From Octopus bimaculoides (lineage: Eukaryota): a stretch of 64,000 nt of DNA. Numbering within the stretch: position 1 is the first letter of the stretch; every line of letters begins with the position of its first letter. A program made the position numbers and the translations under genes. The DNA lies in assembly GCF_001194135.2 (NCBI RefSeq), contig NC_068988.1:72941764-73005763 (forward strand), written 5' to 3'. Below are positions 12,709 to 25,100 of this stretch, piece by piece. The notes under the pieces are model-generated. The model did no database searches, was not told the origin of the DNA, and saw nothing but the letters and a program-made list of their open reading frames with translations.

Positions 12709-13464
12709 ACACACGCACCCGCACACACTCAATTTATACATATATAGTGTGGTAAAGTTTAAATTACAACCATCAGGTTTCAGGTTTAATCCCACAATGC
12801 AACACTTTAAGCAAGAGTCTTCAATGGTGGCTACAATGGCTTCTGAATGAATTTATCAGACAGCAACTCTGTGGAAGCCTGTGGTGTTTGTGTGTGTATA
12901 AATAAATACATATATACATACACACACAAACTTCCTATATATGATATACATCTATATCATATGTATATCCATATAAGCAAACACATCATGTGTACACTAT
13001 GACAGACAACCTGTGCACCTGCATCATATAACTATGTACATAGTAACAACAGTACATCTCATGGGTGTATGTACAGGAGTGTGACAGACCATATGGAGGT
13101 TTAAATAAATATTCTTAAACTGTGGTTTATAGCAATAACAGATACACATACACACATATATGAACTAGTGCTGGTGCCATATAAAAGCAGCCAGTACACT
13201 CTGTAAAGTGGTTGGTGTTAGGAAGGGCATCAGCTGTAGAAACCATACCAAAACAGACAATGGAACCTGGTGCATCCCCTGGCCTTAACAGCTCCTGTCA
13301 ACCAGTCCAACCCATGCCAACATGGAAAACAGACATTAAATGATGATGGTGTATGTATATATATATATATATACTCGAACACATGTACATTGTACAATAT
13401 ATACATGCACATATATACTTCGTGCATGCACGTGCGCGCACACACACACACAACATTCTTAATT

Positions 13465-14045
13465 CTAATGAGAGTTCCTTCAGGAACTCTACTGGGATCG
13501 ATTATTTGTGGTGGCTCTTTCAGACATGCCCTCAGTCATACAGTCAACTTTTCTCTCCAGCTATGCTGATGATATGAAATAATCAGATGTATCACGCACC
13601 CTGATGTTAATGCAAAATTACACCAAGACCTACGCACAATATGCAACTAAGGTGAAGAAAGCAACATGTAGTTCAAATTGATGATTTCAAGCACTCTGCT
13701 GTCAACCCACAAACATACTGTAATCAGAAGATTTTGCGGTCTATGAGTCACAATCATGCACATATTACTAAGACAGAAATAATGTGCTTGCAACTAGTTA
13801 GCTAGATTCTGAGTTTGTTTAGAACAAGACAACAGGAAACCACGTTGGTGCTGTGGAGAACATTTGTTTACAGCTGCTTGAACTGCTGCTTTCAATTATG
13901 GTCACCCATTAGTGTCAAACTAACAATGTAACTTGGGGCAACACTGCCACACCGAGACTATTCAGTGTCAGAGATGAGCTACTGGGAGAAGTTGAAAGTA
14001 CTGGGGCTTTACTCTTTGGAGCAAAGATATGAAAGATATGCAGTG

Positions 14046-14089
<44 letters not shown>

Positions 14090-14360
14090 AAGATCCTGGA
14101 AGGTCTAGTGCTAAACTTTGGAACTGAAAGCTATACTAATCTTCAAACTTGATGCCACTGCATAGTGAATGCCCTGGCCTCTAACTAGAGTAATGACCCA
14201 ATAGTGTAACAGCTCAGAGTTCAAAGGCTCACAACTTCTCAATGTTTTGCCAAAAATCTAAGAGATCAACAAGGAGTATATGTGGATGTATTGCAAAAAC
14301 ACTTAGACATTCTTTCATCTGAGATCTCTGATTAACCTATGTCATGGCAAGAGGGTTGTG
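13465..14360 (+). mobile_element. CR1-type LINE reverse-transcriptase relic
   Basis: VPSGTLLGS...ALSDMPSVIQSTFLSSYADD at 13470-13575. Its 3' part (ttcaaaggctcacaacttctcaatg...) matches the CR1 copy at 45740-47260. Confidence 0.7.
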
Positions 14361-14523
14361 ATATCTAACTCCCTCATTCACCAAAACCAAACATAGAGGG
14401 GGCCACAGAAATGAATAAATTAAAAGTACCACTAATATGGGTGCCACAGCTAATGGAGTGGAGCAGTTGAGAGAGTAAAAATATATACATTATATGTATG
14501 CATAAAACACACAAACACACACA

Positions 14524-14591
<68 letters not shown>

Positions 14592-14736
14592 TATTATATA
14601 CATAAAGGCAAACAAACATTCATAAAATTATTGAAGGAAAATAAAACAAAAATATTAATATGGAGGGAAGAGTACACCATTTGCATTTCAGATAACAATG
14701 ATACAATGATGATTATTAAACTTCAGAAGTTACAGC

Positions 14737-14742
14737 TTTATT
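14737..14742 (-). promoter_or_regulatory. Candidate AF10 polyadenylation signal (AATAAA)
   Basis: AATAAA on the minus strand about 1.2 kb after the stop, at the end of a repeat-poor stretch. The motif is common in AT-rich DNA, so support is weak. Confidence 0.3.
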
Positions 14743-15966
14743 ACACCAGGGTGCGTTAGCATAAAGAAATATTTCAACTAAAACTGGCTATTTTAAATGT
14801 ATTTTCCTATGTTTGAAGCAACTGTTATCAACAAGGGAATTAAAACACCCTAAAGAAATTGGACCTAGCAGTTAATGAACATTGTTTAACAATGTAATAC
14901 ATATCTGTATTTTAATTCGTTATAACTGCTAATAACTAGCAGCATGACAAAAAATTTCTCAATATCAACTAAAAGTAAGCAGATTTTAATAATGTGATAG
15001 ATAAAAAAAAACATCAAATGGAAACTGTTATTATGCTAACTGTTATTAACAATGCCAATGGTTAAATGACATTAGCCACATTACAACAGTTATTTACAGG
15101 AGGTACTCTGTTGTCGAATGTGAACAAGTAATTAGCCACATGGATGTCACAAAGGTGTAAAATTAGCTGAACAGTTGAGTCGAACATAAAACCACTGAAT
15201 CTGGGCCAATATTCTAATGCATTTTCTGATGAGACTAACTTTACTTTTCAGACTTCATAAGCCGTATCAATATTTTGTTGCATATATTTTAAATTTATAA
15301 ATTTAAAATCCTAAAAATTTAAGTCATGATTCTTCCTTAATAAATCCTCAATATTATGACTAAGGGGGACAAAAAAAAAAGTGGGGTGAAGTTTTCTACC
15401 GAAAGGGAAGATGTAGATGTTAGATGGATAATATGCAAGGTAAGTGACTATTTCATGCACAGATGCCTCTTTAACCAACCAGTAAATTGAAATGATGCAC
15501 ATTCCTAGACAACAACCAGTTGCAAATAAATGTAATTGCTTTGCTCTAATGAGCCAGGCTACAAAAAGAAATCACATGAGATCCAGGTTAGAAATATCCA
15601 TTTCACAAAATCCAAGTTGGAGGTAGAAACTCATATCGCACAGTTTCGATATGATGAAATTTTTTTTTTCAGTTCAGAAATGAACTTGAAACAATACCTT
15701 GTTCTATTTTCTTTGACAGAGACCAACAATAGTGACTAGTATGGCCCATGATGAAATGTTGGTAAAAACTGATGTGTCAAGCACAAAGCAATCACCATAA
15801 TGTCAAAGTAGAAACAATGTATAATATAGATTAGATGAGATTAGAATCCACTACAGAGGAATAGTGACTAATCAATATAACCACCTAGGTTCTGCAACAT
15901 CAGAACCCTTTGAAACTCGGTGCTATGTTGTTTACCAGATAAGAGATCAACCTAAAAAATATAATG

Positions 15967-16164
15967 TCAGGACTTTTCTTTAATTTTTGTGTCATGACTT
16001 GTTTTATTGGAAATTTGAGCCTCTGTACTATTGAATGGTGCAGATGATGTGGGTGGTATTAGATTGCTTGGAGAGTTGGTTGATTTAGAACTTTGAATTG
16101 GTCCCTGTGAGAGCGATGCTTGTGACTGTTGCAGTACTGGGTACACTACAAGGGAATGCTGGTC
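15967..16164 (-). CDS. MLLT10: AF10 terminal coding exon (window exon 15)
   Basis: tttcctag|GAC CAG CAT; DQHSLVVYPVLQQSQ...HDTKIKEKS-TGA. Phase 0, open for 65 codons. Confidence 0.75.
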   Translation of the reverse strand, partial: DQHSLVVYPVLQQSQASLSQGPIQSSKSTNSPSNLIPPTSSAPFNSTEAQISNKTSHDTKIKEKS

Positions 16165-19100
16165 CTAGGAAACAGAAATAAAATGAAAAATATTAAAATA
16201 TTATATATAAAATAGCTTTACATTTTGAAATCATTAAAAAAAAACCTAACTGAAATTCAGATAAGTGGACTAGTCAATAAATACAACAGTAGCATTTTAG
16301 CCTTTTTTAAAAGAGAAACCTTGTAAGTGAAAAAGAACCCCTATCCTCTAAAATTTCTAAATCCTTTAACTGGAAAATTAATAGTAACAAAAAAACAAAA
16401 AAAAAATTTAATTATAGTATAGTGTTATCTAAGATAATTTTAAAATTTCTTCCTGCCAGTTTAAAGGTATGGTAATATTGCAAATGGATGGAAATCTAAA
16501 TATGTCACCATAGAGTAGATATTTGTATAATAGTTTTCAGCTATAATGTTAATAACTTAAGCTAAAACCCATTAAATAAAACAATTTAATACAAAAAAAG
16601 TTATTCATTTTATATATCACCTTTCTGCTTGAAATTTTAAATAAATAAAACTGAAATGTTCCCATACACCGAAAGGAGGAGAAAGGACAAATCTGACACT
16701 GAATTACAAAATAACTTCTAGCCAAATTGTAACTTCCATTAAAAGCATTTTAAAAATATCTGGTTCCATTTCGCCAGTAAAATAGAGAGTTGAATAAGTT
16801 TCATTAATTGAGATTATCCATGCAATTAGTAGACAGTAACTTCCTCTAAGAGTGTTTAAAATTTGGAAACAAAAACCTAAGAAGGCGATAACTCCAATAA
16901 TATCAGCTAATCAGAATTTATTTTTTAAATTAAGTCAACACACACAGAAGTAGATCTTGTCTTTTTGTTTTTAAGTAAATTTTGCTAATTTTAAAATGTA
17001 GGAGTGGCAACAGCCGCTCTGTAGAACGAATTAAAGTCTAAAACAAATAAGGTAAATTTCTAAGACCAAATAAAAGTTAGTTGTTGCAGAAAATACAAAT
17101 ATATAAAAATTAAACATTTCCAACATGAAATAACACAAAAACAAATACCAAACTGATATGCAAAAAATTTAAAATATCAATGACTAACTGGAGTACTGGC
17201 TAAGTCATGTTGAAGTCGAGAGGAGTCCAAAGTTGATCCTACTAGCACACTTGAAGACCGACTAAGTGAAGTTTGTATAGGACTACAACCTGACTGTTGA
17301 AGACTGTGGCTACTTCCTTGATATGAACCTACAATGTATAAATATACACATGAGTTAATCATGACACTTTCAATACAATTCGGAACAGGAAAAATTAACT
17401 ATATCAGAAACTGAAACAGAGATGAATTGACTTCTTGTAACTGATGTAATAGTTACAATATTTTCAAGATAACCAGATATCAAATCCATTTAACATTCTT
17501 TCAGCATTCAACACTAAAATACTAAATAAAGCTTTACAATTGGTTTTACTTTCCAAAACATTCAAAGATACACTGCAATAATTCTAGAAAATACAATACA
17601 GAAGATAATTGTATCTGTTTTAACTACTTTTGGAAAAAATAGAAACTATAGGCAAATAGCGACTAAAGAGTAGTAGCACTGTCATAATTACCAGTTTTAT
17701 TAAATAAATATTTAATAATTTAATGAAGAAATATTCTTAAAAATATGAGTATGGAATCTTAATTAGATTACCATTTGGACTTGAAATGTGCGTTCGTCCT
17801 GGGGTGGATGATTGCTGTTGAGCAGGACTATGATGAGATGGAGTATGACTATTACTGACGCTATCCTGGAAAAAAAAATTCACAGAGAAGATAGTAACAA
17901 ACTTGAATAGTAAACAATATCCATAATATAATACAATATATCACATTTAAAGATATAATGAACTGGGTAAAATTACCTGAGTTAGGTTTGTTTCAGTGCA
18001 GCCTGGATTCTGATAGGGCTGTTGTAATAAAGCACATGGAGAACCAGTAGCTTTTGCTAGTAGCTGTGATGTGTTGAGAGCACTCAATGGTAATGCAAGT
18101 CGGGCATTCAAAGCAAGCAGATGGTCTCGACGAGCTGTTAATGATTTAATACAGTCTTCAAGTCGTCGATTTTCTGTTTTTAATTGATGCAAGAAACTCA
18201 GAAGAGAAGCAACTGCAACAGAACAAGATTTTGTAAGGAAATTCCTTTGTAAACAGTTGCAGAATGAAATAATAATAATTCAAATATTACAGCTCCACAG
18301 GTGGTATAACAATTCAAAATTACAGCTTCATACTCTAAAGGTATATTATTAGTTAAATTTAGTTAATTTAAAACAGGTACTTTATTCCCTCATTGCTCCT
18401 TAATCTTCTAATCAAATCCCTTAACTTATTTTGGATAAGGTGACATAGACAAGAAAACTCAGCATGGCAAGAGGATATAGCTTCAAATCTAAATACACAT
18501 ACAAAAATATGTGGGTATATAAATATACAATACCTCTGATAGTATGCTAAGTGCAGTCCACCACCCTGCCACATTGTGGAAAACTGCACAGGATGCATGT
18601 TACATACTTAAATAATATAGTCTGGAAAAAATATTTTTCCTTTCTTTTAATACAGTGTTTGTAAAATGAAAGTGAATTTTGCAAGGCTTGCTAAAATTCC
18701 ATGCTTCTTTCAATGTTTAAATTAGCATTTATAATTTTCTTGCAAAAGCTAAATCACAAAAAAAAAAAACGAAAAACTATTTCATTGAGTTGTTTCTTCC
18801 ATGAGATTTGCATTTAAATTTTCTTCCTCTTCTTCATAAACATTATTTGACAATTTCAAAAAGTGTCTCATTATCAAGATCTTTTCAATGAAAGTTAATT
18901 ACTCACAGCCATTAGATGTATAAGAAGTTTTAAATCCATGGCTTTTCCCCATTCTGAACAATGCCTTCTGTAAAATTTTAAATCAATGATTCAAAACCAG
19001 AAGAATCATTTGTCAAAGTCAGACAACATATTGCCAGTATTAAGTTCAGCCTAAGGTGCATTAATGTTTTTGAATACATCTCTCATATAAATTTTCAAAT

Positions 19101-22100
19101 GTGCTGCAATAAAGATATACAGTTCTTCTTCCTGTTGTAATTTTAAAAGTTTTGTTAAAAGTTCGTCATAAATAAGAGGCCTTTAAAAGTGGTACTTATG
19201 CCTTTGTGCAGTGATTGTAATACAAAAGTTATATTTAATGGCAGAAAATTTACTTTTACATGTTCATTTAAGTTAATGAAAATGGATGACTTCATACAAT
19301 ATCTAATAGTAATAGATAATTGAAATTTGGACTATCTCTACAAAACAAAAATAATTTGTAAACTGGCAAAGTAGCTAGTTCTAAAATCTCTATAAGAAAT
19401 GCAAGTAGTAACCCTATTGAAAAGGAATGTTTGTTGCCACTTCAACAAAGTTGTTCCATACAAAACGATGTTACTACTCTTTTTTAACCCCAGGAGAACA
19501 CCTTCTCCAGATGGTTAACAACACAATCTGTGTCTGATATATTGCTGGAGAAGGTGTTCTCCTGGGATTAAAAAAGTGTAGTAATGTCATTCCGTACAGA
19601 ACAGCCATGCTGAAGTGGNNNNNNNNNNNNNNNNNNNNNNNNNNNNNNNNNNNNNNNNNNNNNNNNNNNNNNNNNNNNNNNNNNNNNNNNNNNNNNNNNN
19701 NNNNNNNNNNNNNNNNNNNNNNNNNNNNNNNNNNNNNNNNNNNNNNNNNNNNNNNNNNNNNNNNNNNNNNNNNNNNNNNNNNNNNNNNNNNNNNNNNNNN
19801 NNNNNNNNNNNNNNNNNNNNNNNNNNNNNNNNNNNNNNNNNNNNNNNNNNNNNNNNNNNNNNNNNNNNNNNNNNNNNNNNNNNNNNNNNNNNNNNNNNNN
19901 NNNNNNNNNNNNNNNNNNNNNNNNNNNNNNNNNNNNNNNNNNNNNNNNNNNNNNNNNNNNNNNNNNNAAAAAAAAAAAAAACAATCCAATCTTGTCAGCT
20001 TTAATAATTTGCTTAGCTTAGAGCACACCTTATTCAATATTCTTTTAATTCATTAGGAAATTTTGCAGTGGCATTTTATCCCTGCTTGCATTAAATTCAT
20101 CAGTTTCCCAAACTTTGTTTTCTTTCAATTTATTATAAACACTTATGGTTTGCAATACTAACTTCAGGAAACCTGCCAGTCACCTATCCCTCTGCTAGAC
20201 ACACTACCCAAATTGACTACATACTGGAGGGAGTGCTGAAAAGTTCCTGGCTTTAAGGGTATTACGAAAAGCCTGGTTGGAGGCCCAACCTTCCAAGCTC
20301 TTTTACAGGGCTTAGAAAAAATGAAGGACCACTGCAACAAGTGTGTGAATCTGAGAGAGGAATATGTTGATTAAAATCCTAATTAACTGATCCTCCTGTA
20401 TTTTCTTTTATCCAAAAGCCAGGAACTTTTCGGCATCCCTTTGTATGCTGATATGGCCATATCCTTTTTGTAGTCAACTATTAAGTGGTTGGCATTAGGA
20501 AGGGCACCTAGCTGTAGAAACCATAGCACAGTAGAAAGTAGAGCACATTGAAATCCAGAAACCCATTATATCCTGTCATGCCAGCATGGAACAAAATGAT
20601 GATGACAATGAAGAAAACAGTAGGAATGTTGTTAGTATTGGTATCTCTTACATGGAGAGAACTCAAAACAGGTTATATTTGTGCATGTGAGTGTTAGCAA
20701 GAGAGAGACTTCTACAATATTTTTATATCTAACAGCTATAATAATACACAAGGGTTCATGACTGAGTACAACTTCTGTACATAACAGGACTTGTGCTTAA
20801 TGAAAAAATAAGTAATGTATGTTGTTGTTTAAAATTATACTTTTTGGTCAATTGTATGCATGATACACAACTCCTATATGATTCAGATATGGAAATATTT
20901 CTTTTCATGCCTAGAACATAAGTGGTATCTTCCTTTTTCAGCAATTTCTGGATTTTTTAAGAAAAATATTTTAAAACATTTTGCTTGAAGTTTTACTAAA
21001 GCAAAGTTACAACTTACTATCGAAATGCTGACCCTGTTCCATCAAAAACTGAGACCCTAAGTCCCATTGGTGCTCCAGTAATTGTTCCATAGACTGAACA
21101 AGCCCATTTCTGAAATGAAACATTATCTGATAAATATTGGTTTCAAATTTTGGCACAAGGCCAGCAATTGCTGAGGATAAGTGGATTACATCGACTCCAG
21201 TACTCAACTGGTACTTATTTTATTGGCCCTGAAAGGATGAAAGACTAAGTCTAACTTGGTGGAATTTGAACTCAGAATGTAAAGATGGACAAACTGCCAC
21301 TAAACATTTCACATGGTATGCTAACAATTCTGCCAGCTTACCACCTTATTATTTGATAAATATAAAATACAAAATAATATAAATATTAAAATACAAAAAA
21401 AAAAAACCCCAACAAATGAAGCCTGAATATACTAAGAAACATTTAACAGAATAATTAAAGATGACGCATTTTTGGAAAAGTAAAAAAAAGTTTGGGCACT
21501 TAATTTTGAAAGCCTTATTTTTTAAATTGAGAAAATAGTGAGCAAATTCCAAGAGATGAAAATCTAGGTTACTAATCCTATGCTACTTTTAAGATTTCAA
21601 ATACTTTTATATTTACATGTATTTCAATAAACTGCAACTTATGCTGACATTCCAAAATCAGATGGTTGCCATTTGGAAGGGCATCCAACTGTAAAAACCA
21701 TGCCAAAACTAACCTCACTTATGCTAGTGCCATGTATAAAGCACTGAATCCACTGAACCAACTCACATTACCTAATATTCTAAAATATTATACAACAAAT
21801 CAATCTTGACATGGCCTGCAGAACTAAGATGAACAAGATGGGACTGAGGAGTAGTTAATGTTAGGAAGGACATACAGCCATAGAATCCCTGCCAAAACAG
21901 ACACAGTAGCCTAGGGTAGTTTTTCTACCTGGCTAGCTCNNNNNNNNNNATACATACACACACACACATAACAAATATGGTGAACATTGAGGATCTGATT
22001 TCTCCTCCTGGACAAATATTCAGACCATTAATGCTAGTGGTGAACATGGCTAATGAGGACAATTCTCACATAGAACACAAGTTTTTTGATGTTGTAATGA

Positions 22101-25100
22101 TACAAAGCCCAAGTTTCACAACCATATAGAAGTATGGGGTATAACAACAGCTTGGTAGACCATAATCTTTGTCTCCAAAGTTTGATCTTTGTTTTTGAAT
22201 ACATGTTTGGCTAGTGTACCATGAGCTGAATAAACTGTTCTGATTCTTTGTTCCACATCTTGCTCAGAGATGCATTAGGTAGAGAGCACGCACCCAAGGT
22301 AACTTGCTCCAGTAGTGTGCCTGAAATGATGATGTTAAAGTCTGAAAGGGTAGAATTTAAGGTTAGTTGGGTGGGAATTTGAGTATTTTTAGTATCTACA
22401 GTGAGCCCAAAATGTTGATATGCATTGGTGAAATTATTGACAGCTTGTTGCAGTTCTAAGCATGAGTGGCTGAGTACCATGTTGTCATCAACATACTGGA
22501 GTTCTGAGATTCACTTGGTACCGGTGACTTTCTTTGACCGAAAATTCACCTGGTTGAAGAGTTCTCTATCAAAACAATATCTGATATCCACACCTGGCTG
22601 ATCCAAAGGCAGTTCACAGATCATCACAGTAAGGTATAAGAAAAGCAGAGGAGCAAATACGCAACCTTGTTTCAATCCACATGTAATTGGGAGTTCTTCT
22701 GAGAGGAGGTCATGATAAAAGACACGGAGAGCTTGGATCAGGGAGATGAAATTAACAAGGACCATCCATCATGGCTGGTCTTGTTGCATTGTCAAAAGCA
22801 TTTTCCAGATCATAGAAGACAAGGAAAAGGAATTTTTGTTACTCTCAACAATCATGTTTGTCTGGGACAGATGATTATGTCTATGGTTCCACGAGATGCT
22901 CGGAAACCACACTGAGATTCTGGAAGGACTTTTTCCATGATGATCTGGAGATGGTTCAAGAGTATTCAAACAAAGAACTTTCCTACAATAGCAAGTAGGG
23001 AGATTTCATAATAGTTTCCGCAGGATTTTCTATCTTCTTTCTAGAATATACTAATGATGATGGCATCTTTAAGATCATTAAGGACATCTTTAGAAGAGTT
23101 TAGTTAGCAGCAGTAGTCCACCAAGTTGCAGCAATTCAAATGGGATGTAATCAAGTCCTGGAGCTTTATTTACTTTCAAACATTTCACTACCTTCAGGAA
23201 CTCTTGACAACAGAGTAGTATTCATCCAAGATTGTAATGGTTAGAAAGGGATTTTCTCAGGAAGCCTTTTGCTGTTGTTGACTTGCGATTTAGCAAAACA
23301 AAAATATTCCTTCCAGCAGTCTAGGATGTTAACATTGTAGAATGTCATTTGATGACTTTATAGGACCAAACAGTTGCTTGATTCCAGCATAGAAGTTTCT
23401 AAGATCTCAAACATCAGCATATTTCTTTCTGTTGCCACAAGTGTTCTGCAGCACCCTCACAATTTGAGATGTGACAGCAAACCCAACACCATGGGTCCTT
23501 CTCTCTCCTTGATTTTCCCTTTCCTACCAAAAATATATCCAGCACCTGCCACTTCAAGCTTTCCTCCATCTGAAAGTCGTGTTTCACTCAGTGCAGCAAT
23601 GTCAATGTTGAGCCTGAGGAGATAAGAGACAAAGGCAGTTTGTCTCTTGAATCAGTCAGAGTTGTCAGTGTCCAAAAGGGGTTCTCATGTTTCATGTTCC
23701 TACAGTTAGTTTCGCTTTGGCCTTAGGGTTTCAGTTGGTTGCAGAAGGATGACCCATTCGGTGCAGCTACTCAACTAGGTAGTAAAAATCCCGAGTAGTC
23801 ACTGGGTCTTGGGAAGGCAACATCACACACCTGCCACCAACATGTAGATCACCTAAATTTGCTCCCATTATCCTTATCTTCTTGCTGTTGGACTTCACAA
23901 ATCTTGGTTTAAGCATGGAAAGAAGAAGCAGGAAAGTAAGACAAACAGTAGAAACAGAAAATCCAAAGTCATAGAAAGGAAGAGAGCTGATGGTGTGGGT
24001 TTGATTAAGGTGGATTACAACTTGCAAGAGCATCTGCAGCATATAAAAGACAAGACGGACAGGATCTAAAGATGAAACTGCAACAGACTGCCACAGATTC
24101 TGAGTTATAGTGGAACCGTGCCTTCACAGCCAGTCCATCTAGCATTTCCCTTATCTGCCAGCTTAAACTGTTCGGAACATCTAGCCATAACAATATGAGA
24201 GGTTCTTCTTTGGCTTCTTTGTCCACTGTTGGAGAGTTGCTGGTTGATGGAGGAGAGTGAGCCTGCGGCTCTCCTTTGACAGAGGCTGCTACCCATCACA
24301 CCCTTCCCAAAGAGAGGAGTCTTTGGTCAGCAACAGCCCAACCATGTCCTGAAAGGATGGGGGGTATATGGTTACCTGTTTCTGGCTCTACATGGAGACA
24401 GCCCAGATCCTAGTTTGCTTCTATAGGTACTACTAATATCACAACAGTTACAAGCATTGGCCCAAATGTTAGATCATCATTCATAACACTTCCTCAATTG
24501 CAGACAATAAACTTATCGGTGGATTATGTGACAACCAGCATGTAGACAAATGTACACAGCAGACTAAGCTCAAAATAATTATATTTTGAATACCTTGTCA
24601 TAGAAAAGCCATGCAAAAGAGAATGATTATTTTCTGTGCCTGATTGACAATGACAGACTGATGAAAGGTTTGTGAAAACTGATTAGATCATTTGGAGGAC
24701 TGTATGTAGAAACAGCATTGAGTAACAGTTTAAAAATTTAACAAATATTTAACATAGATCCTTATGGAAACATTTAAAATATTTCACTTACAGCAAACAG
24801 CTAGTTATTTGCCAAGCTTTTTTTTTTGAGAATAAAATTTCAGTTCAGAGGAATCAATAATTTGTTTCTATATAAAGCAAACAATGAAAGAAACTCAGTA
24901 GGTAATTGAAGAGTGTCAAGTAGCAAAATAAAATAAATGAATAAATAAATCACTCACCCTACATTCTCATTTAGTAGCTTTTCACTGTTAATCGAGGGGA
25001 AAATTTTTGGTGGTCCCAAAAGGCAGCCAACACTGAGTGGAGACGTGCCTTCATTGGCTAATGGTGGAGCTGTTAAATAGAGAAAATAAATTCATTTAGA

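Noticed and set aside
13566-13586. CTGATGA-TAT-GAAA hammerhead-like spacing
   Set aside because: No stem II; it is the YADD codon stretch of the CR1 RT relic.
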